DNA of 64,000 nt from an uncultured Actinomycetes bacterium (GTDB lineage Bacteria > Actinomycetota > Thermoleophilia > Gaiellales > JALYLC01): positions 361,069 through 425,068 of the forward strand of contig CAVOLG010000008.1 in the NCBI GenBank assembly GCA_963696735.1, read 5' to 3'. This document shows positions 30,782 to 41,763 of this stretch, in pieces. The stretch's first letter is position 1; each line of letters starts with the position of its first letter. The position numbers and the translations under genes were made by a program. Under the pieces are notes generated by a model. The model saw nothing but the letters and a program-made list of their open reading frames with translations. It had not been told where the DNA came from and did not search any database.

Positions 30782-31218
30782 ACGGTCATCGTCCGCTCGT
30801 GTGGGCTGCGCCAGTGTTCGGGAAACGGCCTCTGTCGGTCGGCCCCTCCGGGGTTCGGTCGTCGCTCGGCGCCGGTATGTGTGGTGCGCGGCCGGCGTGT
30901 GGTCGGGTGAGGGGGGCGGCCGGCGGCGGGTCGGGTGCGAGTCAGGCGCCCGGGTCGACTGTGTGCGGATTGTGACGCACTGCACTTTGCGCGCATATCG
31001 GCGGCGCTAACTGCTAACCCGTCCGCATGCAGAGGCTCGACTCCCATGCGAGGCGGGATTTCAGGGGGCTGCCGGTCTCGAGCGGGTGGGATCTGTTGCC
31101 TGCTCGACGCCCCTTTGCCCGAATCCTTGCCCGCCACACCGGCTCTGAGCCCTCTCAGGACGACCCTCGATCACGCAACCATGCCGCTAGGAACTCACGT
31201 TGACCTATCTGGCAACGT

Positions 31219-31299
31219 CTCATAACCCGAAGGTCCAGGTTCGAATCCTGCCCCCGCTACTCTGAAAGGGCGCACGCGACGCGGCGCCCTTTCTGCGTG
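31219..31299 (+). repeat. right copy of the direct repeat (truncated tRNA-fMet 3' half + hairpin copy at 31264-31293)
   Basis: CTCATAACCCGAAGGTCCAGGTTCGAATCCTGCCCCCGCTACTCTGAAAGGGCGCACGCGACGCGGCGCCCTTTCTGCGTG. It lacks the tRNA 5' half and has a 1-nt deletion in the T stem. Confidence 0.9.
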
Positions 31300-31521
31300 A
31301 TAGGGCCGATGTGCGGGCGACGGCGGCCCTTTGACGGGGTGGGCCGGATGCCTTCACGTCGCGTGTCTGGCAGGGAGCGTTTGCCCGGGTTTGTGCCCGC
31401 CGCGGTGAATCGCGTTGACGACGTCATCCGTGCCGGCCGGGCGCTGCCGTCCTTGGCGCGGGAGCATCTGAGCCCCGCTGCGTTGGCCGATGCCGACATC
31501 GCCTCCACGGTCGGCGTCGGC

Positions 31522-31550
31522 TTGATTTAGTTTGTGACTCATGATACATT
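31522..31550 (+). promoter_or_regulatory. sigma-70-like promoter candidate for the 31594 gene
   Basis: TTGATT (31522-31527), 17-nt spacer, TACATT (31545-31550). An AGGAGAGG Shine-Dalgarno lies 8 nt before the ATG at 31594. Locally AT-rich. Confidence 0.4.
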
Positions 31551-31593
31551 TCTCAGCTTCGGGGTCGAGTCTGCAATAGGAGAGGCTGGTGTC

Positions 31594-32217
31594 ATGGAGC
31601 GCTCCTCCACCCTGATCAACCGACGAACCGTGATCGGCGGGGCGCTGGTCGCCCTGCTCCCGTTCCCTGCGCGGGTGATGGCCCAAGGAGAGTCTGAGCG
31701 CGCCGATCTTGTCCTTCTGCTGAAAGGGCTCTACGAGCCGGTGGTGAACGCGCCCGCCCTCGGCCTGTCGATGGTCGATGTGAATGACGGCTCGTACTCG
31801 AAAACGAAGATCTACCCGGTAGGAAAATTCCGAGGTCACAAGGACGACAACGTTCCGATGGGTGACTTTTACACGCAGCTCAACGGGGATTTGGCCGCCT
31901 ATGACATTCCGGGAGGCACGTTCGCGATGCGGTTCATCGGCCCAGGCGACTTCGTGTTCGTCCCCGACGGGGCCGGTGGGCAGTTCCTAGAAGGAACCTT
32001 CGAGCTGGACATCCTGGAGGGGACCAGAAGCTTCCGCTCGCTCGCGGGCGGGCATAACCACATGGTCGATAAGTTGCACTTTCTGGCTCCCGGGGACGGC
32101 TCGGGCGGCCTCGATGAATACTGCTTCTGCTTCATCACCCGCCCCGAGCACGGTCCGCACGCGGGCGAAGCCCGGACACTGTCGCAACGAACGGCAAGCT
32201 CGGGGCGACCGACGTGA
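31594..32217 (+). CDS. Tat-signal secreted hypothetical protein
   Basis: MERSSTLINRRTVIGGALVALLPFPARVMA (twin-arginine-like). 207 aa, no recognised domain. Confidence 0.55.
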   Translation: MERSSTLINRRTVIGGALVALLPFPARVMAQGESERADLVLLLKGLYEPVVNAPALGLSMVDVNDGSYSKTKIYPVGKFRGHKDDNVPMGDFYTQLNGDLAAYDIPGGTFAMRFIGPGDFVFVPDGAGGQFLEGTFELDILEGTRSFRSLAGGHNHMVDKLHFLAPGDGSGGLDEYCFCFITRPEHGPHAGEARTLSQRTASSGRPT

Positions 32218-32373
32218 GCCTGCGCCGCAGTTTTCTGCGCCGCAGTTGACTGCCGAACGGCTGGGGCCGACGCGCTGCCGCAAGTACTAGCTGTCGTCTG
32301 CCCGCTCAGCGTCATACCTCGGCACCGCCGAGAGCGACGGGGTCGGGCCGCCATCAACAGCCACGCGTACGCA

Positions 32374-32401
32374 GAGAGGGCCCGCATCTGCGGGCCCTCT
32401 C
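32374..32401. terminator. perfect 12-bp hairpin between convergent genes (bidirectional terminator candidate)
   Basis: GAGAGGGCCCGC-ATCT-GCGGGCCCTCTC. Confidence 0.55.
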
Positions 32402-32427
32402 GCTTACGCCGGACTGCTGGAAGGCTG

Positions 32428-32742
32428 TTACGCGAGGATCGGCTGCTTCGTGGCGTGCGCGATCACTTCGCCGCCGGTCACCTTCGGCGGATTGGGAAGT
32501 ACCGAGTCCAGTTTCTCCTCGTGCAGCCACTTGGTTGCGACGCGAGTGGACTCCTCGCCCTGCGCCGGCGTCTCGAAGACACCGAAGGACGTCATCCCAT
32601 CCTTGCCCGACTCGATGAGGAAGTACCCGCTGAACCCGGGAAGCTTGCTCAAACGGGGCATGAGGCTCTGGTCGACCTTGCGCTTCAGCTCATCGGCACG
32701 ACTCTCGTCGATACCCTCATAACGACGGACGGTGGCATACAT
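32428..32742 (-). CDS. ABM/Dabb-fold (antibiotic-biosynthesis-monooxygenase-like) small protein
   Basis: MYATVRRYEGI...GFSGYFLIESGKDGMTSFGVFETPAQGEES. GGGAGGAG precedes the ATG at 32742. Confidence 0.6.
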   Translation of the reverse strand: MYATVRRYEGIDESRADELKRKVDQSLMPRLSKLPGFSGYFLIESGKDGMTSFGVFETPAQGEESTRVATKWLHEEKLDSVLPNPPKVTGGEVIAHATKQPILA

Positions 32743-33002
32743 GTGGTACTCCTCCCGATCAAAAGCCAAGAGACTCAAATAAGTCTCCTGGTGCACTCAG
32801 GCCAAGTTTGTCAGTCGAAGAGGATGTAGCCTCGGCGGCTCGCGCGCCAGACCGAACGCCTATGGAGCCTACACGACATTCTCCGTTCACGAGTGAAAAG
32901 ACGTGCGAAAAACACGTGTGGTGCGCATCGGGTTGGGCAACGTCTGATTTTCTCATTGCCTGAGTCCCTGCACCAGGGCAGTTTTTACTCCCTGCGTCGC
33001 AC

Positions 33003-33866
33003 GTGGTCGCGGCATCGATGCCTGTCTGCCGATTCGCGTTCGGCGGAGCTCCCGCGCCGGTTAACGTCCGCGCCGTGGCCATCACGGGTCCTCCGGAGGC
33101 GCCCGCCGCAGCACGCGTTGCCGCGCTGTATGACGTCCACGGCAACCTCCCGGCGCTCGAGGCCGCTCTCGATGAGGTCGCCAGGCTCGCGGTTGACCGC
33201 ATCGTGTTCGGCGGGGACCTCGTTTGGGGCCCGCCCGATCCTGCTGGAGTCCTTACGCTGATCCACGCGCTCGGCAATCGCGCTTTGCCGATCTCGGGTA
33301 ATGCGGACCGAGAGGTCGTGGCGGCGTTCGATGGAAAGCGCTCTGCCACCTGGTCCGGCGAACCCGCACACCTCAATGAGGCGATGGCCGCCTGGTCTGC
33401 GAGTCGGCTCCACTCGACCGACCGAGAGTTGCTGGGGTCGCTGCCCGGCCAGGTCGTGCTCGACATCGACGGCTTGGGTCCCGTGCGCTTCGTTCACGGC
33501 TCACCGCGAAGCGACGAGGAGATCCTGCTCCCCACGACGCCCGACGAGTTGGTGCGCGAGGCACTCGCCGGGGTTCCTGAGAGTGTCGTCGTCGGAGGCC
33601 ACACCCACGTCTCGATGGACCGGTCGCTCGACGGGACGCGGCTCCTCAACGCCGGCAGCGTGGGCCTGCCCTACGAGGGCGTCCCCGGTGCCTACTGGCT
33701 GCTGCTTGGCCCGGGCGTCGAGTTCCGCCGCACCGTCTACGACTTCGATGCAGCCGCTGCGCTCGTGCGTGAATGCGGCTGCCCGGCGTCGGCACAGTTC
33801 GCCGACGACAACGTCATGGCCGCGCCGAGCCGCGAGGAGGCGATCGCGGCGTTCGAGCAGCGCTAG
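33003..33866 (+). CDS. metallophosphoesterase (calcineurin-like) family protein; start uncertain
   Basis: AALYDVHGNLPALEAAL, DRIVFGGDLVWGP, GNADRE, VVGGHTH. Confidence 0.7.
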   Translation: MVAASMPVCRFAFGGAPAPVNVRAVAITGPPEAPAAARVAALYDVHGNLPALEAALDEVARLAVDRIVFGGDLVWGPPDPAGVLTLIHALGNRALPISGNADREVVAAFDGKRSATWSGEPAHLNEAMAAWSASRLHSTDRELLGSLPGQVVLDIDGLGPVRFVHGSPRSDEEILLPTTPDELVREALAGVPESVVVGGHTHVSMDRSLDGTRLLNAGSVGLPYEGVPGAYWLLLGPGVEFRRTVYDFDAAAALVRECGCPASAQFADDNVMAAPSREEAIAAFEQR

Positions 33867-33914
33867 ACCATCACGCCGCCCGCCCCGCATACTGCGGCGG
33901 CTCCTCGGCCGAAA

Positions 33915-35048
33915 ATGCCCATGACCGATTTCCTCTTCTACGGCGACACCAGCTCCGCTGCCATGCGGCACGAGTTGCCGCTGGCGATCATCGACGCGTT
34001 CCTGCTCGGGATCGTCGGCGGGCGCATGCACGTCATGGTGAGCCCGCTAGAACGGGCGCGCATCGAGGCTGCCGCGCCCGACGCCGTCCTTCACGACCTC
34101 GCCGATCTCGGCCTCAAGGAGCTCCGGGAGCGCGGTCTGAGCATCTTCGAGATCGACCTCGAGCTGGCCTCGCGCGCGGCCGCGGCGATGGGCGTCCGCG
34201 AGGCTGTGGCCGATCCCGCGATGCCCGTCGCGGTGGCCGATCGCCTGCGGGCCGACGGGATCGCGCTGCACCCGGACCACAGGGCGGTCTCGGCCAGGCG
34301 CCGGGTGAAGTCCCAGACCGAGCTCGAGGGGATCCGCCGGGCGCGGGCCGCCGCGGAAGCTGGGATGGAGGCCGCCGCCGCCCTCCTCAGCGAGGCTGTA
34401 CCCGAGGGCGACCGGCTCGTGGTCGGGGGTGAGGTGCTCACCGCCGACGCCGTGCGAGCGGAGCTGCGCGAGGCCTGCCGGCAGCGCGGGGCGCCGGCGC
34501 CACCGGACGTCATCGTCTCGTCCGTGCGTCAGGGATCCGGCCACGACCCCGGGTTCGGGCCGCTGCCGGCGAACCTCCCGATCGTGATCGACCTCTGGCC
34601 GCAGGACGACCTAACCGGGTGCTGGGCGGACATGGCGAGGACCTTCGTGGTCGGTGAGATCACTGACTCCGTCCAGGAGCAGGCGAGGCTGGTGCGCGAG
34701 GCGCTCGAGCGGGCGCGGGAGGCGGTGAAGCCGGGCATCACGGGACGGGAGCTCCATGTGCTGGTCTGCGACCTGTTCGAGGCCGCCGGCTGGCCCACGC
34801 AGCGAACGGATTCCGACGGGGACGAGGGCTTCCAGTTCGCGCTTGGCCACGGCGTCGGCCTCGAGGTCCACGAGGAGCCGTACCTCGGGCTCGCCGGGCA
34901 TGACGCGCTGGTCGCCGGTGACGTCATCGCCATCGAGCCCGGCCTGTGGCGGCACGACATCGGCGAGGTGCAGTTCGAGGACCTCCTGCTGGTCACGGAA
35001 GACGGCAGCGAGACGCTCACCCGCGCTGCGTACGAGCTGACGCCCTAG
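33915..35048 (+). CDS. M24-family Xaa-Pro peptidase
   Basis: Intact 377 aa. Creatinase-like N-domain then pita-bread fold: IVIDLWPQD...GCWADMARTF, GHGVGLEVHE, GDVIAIEPG. Confidence 0.8.
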   Translation: MPMTDFLFYGDTSSAAMRHELPLAIIDAFLLGIVGGRMHVMVSPLERARIEAAAPDAVLHDLADLGLKELRERGLSIFEIDLELASRAAAAMGVREAVADPAMPVAVADRLRADGIALHPDHRAVSARRRVKSQTELEGIRRARAAAEAGMEAAAALLSEAVPEGDRLVVGGEVLTADAVRAELREACRQRGAPAPPDVIVSSVRQGSGHDPGFGPLPANLPIVIDLWPQDDLTGCWADMARTFVVGEITDSVQEQARLVREALERAREAVKPGITGRELHVLVCDLFEAAGWPTQRTDSDGDEGFQFALGHGVGLEVHEEPYLGLAGHDALVAGDVIAIEPGLWRHDIGEVQFEDLLLVTEDGSETLTRAAYELTP

Positions 35049-35811
35049 CCGGAGCGGCACGACCCCGGGCGGTCCACGCCCACGCCGAGATCACGAACGG
35101 CGCGGGCGGCAGCATCTCCCGGCAGCGGTCGCGCAGCCGCGCCTGCCGCTCGGGGTCGAGCCGCGCCACGTAGGCGCCCGCGGGGCCGACGCCGAGGGTG
35201 AACGGCTCCCACCACTCATCGAAGGTCGGGTGCTCGACGTCGACGGAGATCTCGCCGGCCTCGACGTCGCCGATGCCCGCGGCCTCGAACAGTTCCGCCA
35301 GGTGGCCCTTGCGCACCCCGGCCGCCGGCGATTCGTCGCGGGCGCGCGGATCGAGCTCGTGCACCGCCGACCACAGCGGGCTCAACGGTCCGCGGTCGCC
35401 CGCGTGGTCCCACACGCAGGCGGCCACCACGCCTCCCGGCCTGGTGACGCGCGCCATCTCCCGGAGCCCGGCCACCGGGTCGGTCATGAACTGGACGACG
35501 AGTTGCGCCAGAGCGGCGTCGAACTGCCCGTCGTCGAACGGGAGGTCCTCGGCGCCAGCCTGCTGCACGGTGACCGCGGGCAGGCGGTCGTGAACGGCGG
35601 CCACGAACTGCTCCGAAGGATCCACGGCCGTCACGTGGTCGGCGCCCACCCGCCCCACGAGCTCGGTGGTCAGCGCCCCCGGGCCGCAGCCGACGTCGAG
35701 GACCCGCTGGCCGCCGGTCACACCGGCGACGTCGGCGAACCGCGGCGCGAGCGGCCCGGAGTACCGGCCCATGAAACGGTCGTATGCGTCTGCCCCAACC
35801 GCGAAGCTCAT
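35017..35811 (-). CDS. class I SAM-dependent methyltransferase
   Basis: Intact 264 aa. VLDVGCGPGALT motif I, LPFDDGQFD. Confidence 0.8.
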   Translation of the reverse strand: MSFAVGADAYDRFMGRYSGPLAPRFADVAGVTGGQRVLDVGCGPGALTTELVGRVGADHVTAVDPSEQFVAAVHDRLPAVTVQQAGAEDLPFDDGQFDAALAQLVVQFMTDPVAGLREMARVTRPGGVVAACVWDHAGDRGPLSPLWSAVHELDPRARDESPAAGVRKGHLAELFEAAGIGDVEAGEISVDVEHPTFDEWWEPFTLGVGPAGAYVARLDPERQARLRDRCREMLPPAPFVISAWAWTARGRAAPARASARTQRG

Positions 35812-35887
35812 CAGGGGAACCTACGGGGTCGGCGGCAACCGTGTCCAGCGCCCCGGGCCCGTGCGGAGGGTGCTACTACTCGCTCCC

Positions 35888-36148
35888 ATGCCGGGTGCGA
35901 GCGAACGGGCGCGACGAGTGAAGGTCCTCAACGCGAACTGGACCGCGGGACAGGATGGGGAGGACGGCCGGTTCGAGATCCTGATCGTGACCGAGGACGA
36001 CGAGCGGCACGTCGTGGCCCCGAGCGCTGCGGCGATGACCGCGCTCGTCGCGCTCAGCCAGGCCGACACGGTTCTGGTCTGGGACCCGGAGGACCGCACG
36101 CTCATCGCCGCCAACGTCGTCGGCGTCATGCCGTGGACACGGCGATGA
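35888..36148 (+). CDS. small hypothetical protein (86 aa)
   Basis: ATG at 35888 inside ORF 35666..36148. Its stop overlaps the next start (ATGA). No recognised domain. Confidence 0.35.
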   Translation: MPGASERARRVKVLNANWTAGQDGEDGRFEILIVTEDDERHVVAPSAAAMTALVALSQADTVLVWDPEDRTLIAANVVGVMPWTRR

Positions 36149-36572
36149 AGCGCAACCGCTCGATCCCCGACCCGGTCGTCATCCCGGTTCTCATCTACCC
36201 GGACGTGCGCGAGGCGGTCGACTGGCTTACCTCCGCGTTCGGGTTCACCGAGCGGGTTCGCATCGGCGAGGCCCACCGCTCCCAGCTGCGGCCGGCGACG
36301 GCGCCGTCATCGTGGCCGACGTACGGAGCGACCGCAGGGCGCCGCGCGCAGGGGAGGCGACGCACCAGGTGGTGGTGCGGGTGGAGGACGCCGACGCCCA
36401 GTGCGAGCGCGCCCGCGCACACGGCGCCCGCATCCTGTCGGAGCCGCAGACCTACGAGTACGGCGAGCGGCAGTTCACGGCGGAGGACCCGGCCGGCCAC
36501 CAGTGGGTGTTCTCCGAGACGGTGGCCGACGTGGCCCCGGAGGAGTGGGGCGGCGAGTCGGTCTCGAACTAG
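36145..36572 (+). CDS. VOC/glyoxalase-family protein, frame broken once (about 36285)
   Basis: MKRNRSIPDPVVIPVLIYPDVREAVDWLTSAFGF... continues in ORF 36312..36572 (VVVRVEDADAQCERARAHGARILSEPQTYEYGERQFTAEDPAGHQWVF). Confidence 0.65.
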
Positions 36573-37618
36573 CCGGGCGCAGGCCCGCTGGAGTCCCGGA
36601 CGACGAGCCGGGTCTTCAGCTCGATGTGGAGCGCCTCGAGCGCGCTGGTTGTCGAGCAGGCGCAGCGAGCAGGCTGACCGCCATGCGGCCCATCTCGGCG
36701 AGCGGCTGGCGCACGGTCGTCAGCGCGGGCGTGACGATCGCCGACTGCTCGGAGTCGTCGAAGCCGACGATCGAGAGGTCCTCGGGCACGCGCAGGCCGC
36801 GCTCGCGGGCGACGCGCAGGGCGCCGATCGCGGTGTTGTCGTTGAAGGCGAAGATCGCCGTCGGCGGATCGGCCGCGTCGAGCAGCCGTGCCGGCCGCCG
36901 TCGCGCCGCCCTCGATGCCGAAGCTCGACTCGAGCGATGAGCGCCGGATCGGGCAGCGACGCCGGCCGCGGCCATGGCCGCCGTGGTAGCCGTTCAGGCG
37001 CTCGGTGCTGGCCAGGTACTCGCTGCGGGCCCGGTGATCGCGCCGATGCGCCGGTGGCCGAGCGAGAGCAGGTGCTCGGTGGCCGCGCGCGCGCCCGAGG
37101 CGTTGCGCGGCCGAGACGGCCGGGATGCCCTCGTCGAGCGTCACGCGCGGGTCGACGATCGACGAACGCGTAGCCCTTGCGCCGCAGCACCTTGAGCTCC
37201 TCGTTGGACTCCTCGGGCAGCATCAGCACGGCGCCGTCGGTCGTCCCGTGCATGAGGCGGTCGAGCAGCGTCACCTCGCGCTCGTGATGGTGCAGCGTCG
37301 GGCAGAGCACCATGCGCATGTCCTGCTCGTAGAGCGCCTCGGCGGCGCCCGACGAGGATCGACGCGAAGTAGGTCGCCTCGACCATCGGCAGCATCACGC
37401 CGATCAGCCCGGTGCGGCCGCCCGAGAGCGCGCGCGCGCTGCGGTTCGCGGTGAAGCCGTGGTCGCGCACGACGCGCAGCACCGCGCCCGCGCGTCTCGG
37501 CGGCGACGCCGGGCCGCTCGTTGAGCACGCGCGAGACGGTGGCGATCGAGACGCCGGCCGCGCTCGCGATCTCGCGGATCGTCGCGCGGGGCTTGCCGCT
37601 CTCGCCGGTCGTGCTCAT
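36569..37618 (-). pseudogene. LacI-family transcriptional regulator, multiple frameshifts
   Basis: ATIREIASAAGVSIATVSRVLN (37271..37618), NRSARALSGGRTGLIGVMLP (37141..37482), and further sugar-binding-domain pieces in 36720..37319, 36616..36975 and 36569..37144. Confidence 0.75.
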
Positions 37619-37892
37619 GACGCTATTGAAGCAGATCTCTGTAACCGGTTACCAAGTCAGCTAGGCGCATAAGCGCGTCGCTTGTCAACCGCACGCCAAT
37701 GAATCGGCGCATAATGCGACATCGACAGGCCTTGACCGCACTGAAACAATCTGGTAAACGTTACCGGCGTCAGGTGCGTCGAATACGGGGCGGCCCGGGG
37801 ACGGGTCGAGGCGCGCCTCGGGTCGGGCGCGGCGCGGTGGCACGCTCGACGCGCGCAACGGCGCCGGAGAGCTACCGAAAGGGGGTAGGGGA

Positions 37893-39660
37893 ATGAGAAG
37901 TCCAGCTCGTGCCACGCGCTCGGTCTCGTGACCGCCGGTGTCGTCGGCGCGGTCGCGGCCGTCGCCGCGAGCCTCGCACCGGGTGCATCGGCCACGGCCG
38001 ACAGCAGGCTGCGCCGGCGCGCCGCGGCTGCGCACACAGTGTCTCGTCATGACCGGCTCGGGTGATGCGGCGTTCACGCAGCAGCTTCAACCCGTACACG
38101 GGCTCGACGCTCAACGGCAACATCATGAAGGGCGCGATCTACGAGCCGCTCGTCGTCGCCACGGTCGCCGGTGGCGGTCACGTCTACCCGTGGCTCGCGC
38201 AGAGCTGGAAGTGGAGTCGAACGGCAACAAGACGCTGACGCTGCAGATCGTCAAGAACGTCAAGTGGTCGGACGGCCAGCCGCTGACCGCGGCCGACGTC
38301 GTCTACAGCCTGACGGCCGGCAAGCAGGACAAGTCGATGGACATCATCGGCCTGTACCGCACGGGCACGAACATCGCGTCGGTCAAGCGCAGCGGCCCGG
38401 AACGGGTCGCGATCAACCTGCAAGACGCCCGACTCGCAGTTCATCGCCGCGAACCTGAACCTGCAGTTCGTCGTGCCGCAGCACATCTGGTCGAAGGTCA
38501 CGAAGGCCGGCGACGTTCACGAACCCGAACCCGGTCGGCTCGGGCCCGTTCACGAAGATCACGCGCCTGACGACGCAGGACATCGTGTTCAACAAGAACC
38601 CGAACTACTGGCAGGCCGGCACGCCGAAGATCCCGTGCCTCGAGTACCAGGAGACGGCCTCGAACGACGCGGCGCTGCTCGCGATCCAGAGCGGCAAGGT
38701 CGACTGGACGCACAACTTCGTCCCGAACGTCGAGTCCGCGTACGAGGCCAAGGATCCGGCGCACTACCACGCGTTCTACGCCACGACGGCGTACCCGATC
38801 TCGCTCATGTTCGACGACACGCAGTACCCGTACAGCCTCGTGCCGCTGCGCCAGGCGATGAGCATGGCGATCAACCGCAGCGACGTCTCGAAGCTCGGCG
38901 AGTACGGCTACGCGCCGCCCACCGACGCGATCGGCCTGAACGGGATCTTCCCGCAGTGGGTCACCGATCCGGCGATCAAGGCCGCAGGCCAAGCGCGCTC
39001 GCGACCTACAACCCGGACGGCGCCAAGAAGCTGCTGACCGACAACGGGTTCACGTACAAGCGGCAGCAAGCTGATCGACCCGAAGGGCAATCCCGTCTCG
39101 TTCCAGATCCACGTGATCTCGGGCTGGTCGGACTGGGTCGCCTCGCTGCAGATCATCACCAAGAACCTGCAGGCGATCGGCATCGACGCGACCGTCGAAG
39201 CTCGAGCCCGACTACAACTCCTGGTACCCGGCGCGCCTCGACGCACGAAGACGCCGACGCTGCTCTGGCAGAACGCCTCGCAGGGCTCGCCGTACGGGTT
39301 CTTCTTCGCGAACCTGTCACCAGAACGCGCTGATCCCGTCCGGCCAGGACGCGCACCGTCGACCGGCAACTGGGAGCACTTCTCCGATCCGAGCGCGACG
39401 GGCCTCCTGAACCAGTGGAAGACGCTCGCTCAAGCCGGACGTCCAGCACGCGCTCGCGACGAAGCTCGAGGCTGCGTGGCTGCAGCACGCTGCCGGTGGT
39501 CCCGCTCTTCATCGGGCCGCGCTGGTCGACGTACAGCACCAAGTACTTCCACTGCTTCACGTCGCCGAAGAACTACTACGCCGACCCGATCTTCACGACG
39601 TTCCCCGACAACGTCGTCTCGTTCACGCGCATCTGCCCGGGCGGCAAGACCGGGCCGTGA
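37893..39660 (+). pseudogene. ABC transporter substrate-binding protein, family 5 (Opp/Dpp-type), many frameshifts
   Basis: ATG at 37893 after GGGGGTAGGGG and a signal-like start. Pieces include NGNKTLTLQIVKNVKWSDGQPLTAADVVYS, FNKNPNYWQAG.PKI, RQAMSMAINR and ISGWSDWVASLQIITKNLQAIGIDA, spread over at least 6 frame segments. Confidence 0.75.
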
Positions 39661-39744
39661 TCTAGACGAGCGGAGTCGATACCTCGCGGCCCGGCGGGCG
39701 GGGCACTGCGCCCCGCCCGCCGGGCATACTCGGGAGACACTCCG

Positions 39745-40743
39745 ATGCGCTGGCTCATCCGCCGCATGCGTCTTCTACGTGTTCGCCCTGTGGGTGGCGA
39801 TCACGCTCAACTTCCTGCTGCCGCGGCTGATGCCGGGCGATCCGGCCGGCGGGATGCTGCAGCGGCTGAGCCCGTCGCAGATCGCGTCGAACCCGGGGAT
39901 CATCCAGACCTACCGCGACATGCTCGGCGGCGGCCACGAGTCGCTGCTGCACGCAGTACGTCACCTACCTGCACCAGGTCGTCACGCTCAACTTCGGGAT
40001 CTCGACGTCGAACTACCCGACGCACGGTGTCCGACGGTCATCGGCGCGGACGCTGCCGTACTCGATCTTCCTCGTCGGCGTCGCCTTCGTCCTCGCCTTC
40101 GTCCTCGGCATCACCGATCGGCATGGTCGCGGCCTGGCGCCGCGGCGGCGCGGTCGACAACATCGTCGTGCCGACGCTGCTCTCGCTCGAGCGCGTTCCC
40201 GGCCTTCTTCACCTCGCTCGTCGCGGTCTACTTCTTCGGCCTCAAGCTCGGCTGGTTCCCGCTCGCAGCACGCCTACGACACCGACCTCACGCCCGGCTT
40301 CAACTACACGTTCCTCGAGAGCGCGTTCCGCCACGCGCAGCTGCCGATCCTCGATCATCATGCTCGCCTTCGCCGGCGGCTGGGTGCTCAACATGCGCAC
40401 GGTGATGATCAACACGATCGAGCGAGGACTACGTCGCGATGGCCGCAGGCCAAGGGCCTGCGCGACCGCCGCGTCATGACCCGCTACGCCGGCGCGCAAC
40501 GCCATCCTGCCGCCGCTGAACGGCTTCGCGGCCCAGTTCGCGACCGCCGTCGGCGGCCTCGTCTTCATCGAGTTCGTCTTCAGCTACCCGGGCGCCGGCT
40601 TCACGCTGCAGCAGGCCGCGCTCGGCAGCGACTACCCGCTCACGCAGGCGCTGCTGCTCGTGTTCGCGGTCTGCGTGATCGTCGCCAACTTCATCATGGA
40701 CCTCCTCAACCTCGTCCTCGACCCGCGCGTGCGGGCGAGCTGA
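39745..40743 (+). pseudogene. ABC permease (DppB/OppB-like), frameshifted
   Basis: FALWVAITLNFLLPRLMPGDP, FFGLKLGWFP, ...NFIMDLLNLVLDPRVRAS-stop at 40741-40743. Pieces lie in several frames. Confidence 0.7.
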
Positions 40744-40747
40744 CGGC

Positions 40748-41763
40748 GTGTCGCAGATCCAGCCGGTCGCGGCTCGACGAGGGCGTCCCGGCGAGGCTGC
40801 TCCCGCTCGAGGCTCCCGCTGCCGGCGCGCGCGGCGGCCGCCGCGGCTCGGCGCTGCCGCTAGTGGCTGCGGCTGCTGCTGGCGAACCCGAAGTCGCGCG
40901 TCGGGCTGATCGTGCTCGGCGGGATGGTGCTGGTCGGCGGTCTTCGCGCCGCTGATCGCGACGCACGACCCGAACCGCCTACTCGCTGCTCGACGCGAAG
41001 CAGTCGCCGTCGCTGCAACCACTTCTTCGGCACGACCGACCAGGGCACCGACATCTTCTCGCCAGGTCGTCTGGGGCACCCGGACGTCGCTCTTCCTCGG
41101 CGCCGCCGCGGCCGCGCTCGCGACCGCGCTCGCGGCGACGCCTCGGCATCCTCGCCGCCTACTCGCGGCGGCTGGGTCGACGACGTCGTCAACTTCGCCA
41201 CCAACGTCTTCCTCGTGATCCCGACGATCCCGCTGCTCGTGGTCGTCTCGGCCTACCTCAAGAACCGCGGCATCGACCGTCGATGATCCTCATCCTCGGT
41301 CTCACGCTGTGGGCGTTCGAGGCGCGCATCCTGCGCGCGCCAGGCGCTCTCGCTGCGCAACCGCGACTTCATCCTGGCCGCGAAGGTGGCGGGCGAGTCG
41401 ACCTGGCGGATCGTGCTTCGTCGAGCTCGATGCCGAACATGATCAGCCGCATCGCGGCGGCGTTCGTGCTCGTCTTCTACGTCTCGATCCTGACCGCGGC
41501 CGGGCTCGAGTTCCTCGGCCTCGGCGACATGAGCAGCTCGAGCTGGGGCGTGACGCTGTACTGGGCGCAGGTCAACTCGACCGTGCTGCAGGGCGAGTGG
41601 TGGCCGTTCCTCTTCCCGGGCTTCGCGCTCGCGCTGACCGTGGCCGCGCTCGTCTTCATCCTCGCGGGGCTCGACGAGGTCAGCAACCCGCGCCTGCGCA
41701 AGCCGCGACGGCCAGCGCGGAGCGCTCGCCGGCCTGCTGCTCGGCGAGGGCGGCGCGCGATGA
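40748..41763 (+). pseudogene. ABC permease (DppC/OppC-like), frameshifted
   Basis: [68 protein letters not shown]. The stop is inferred at 41761-41763, overlapping the next ATG. Confidence 0.65.

Noticed and set aside
31010-31070. Possible extra tRNA or tmRNA fragment (GGCTCGACTCCC resembles a T-loop)
   Set aside because: The flanking bases do not form a 5-bp T stem (only 3 of 5 pairs). No acceptor or anticodon arms can be drawn.
28583-31218. Integrase, excisionase or prophage remnant inside the tRNA-flanked islet
   Set aside because: All six frames of 28583-28867 and 30782-31218 give only short, low-complexity ORFs. I found no R..H..R..Y recombinase blocks or HTH excisionase-like peptide.
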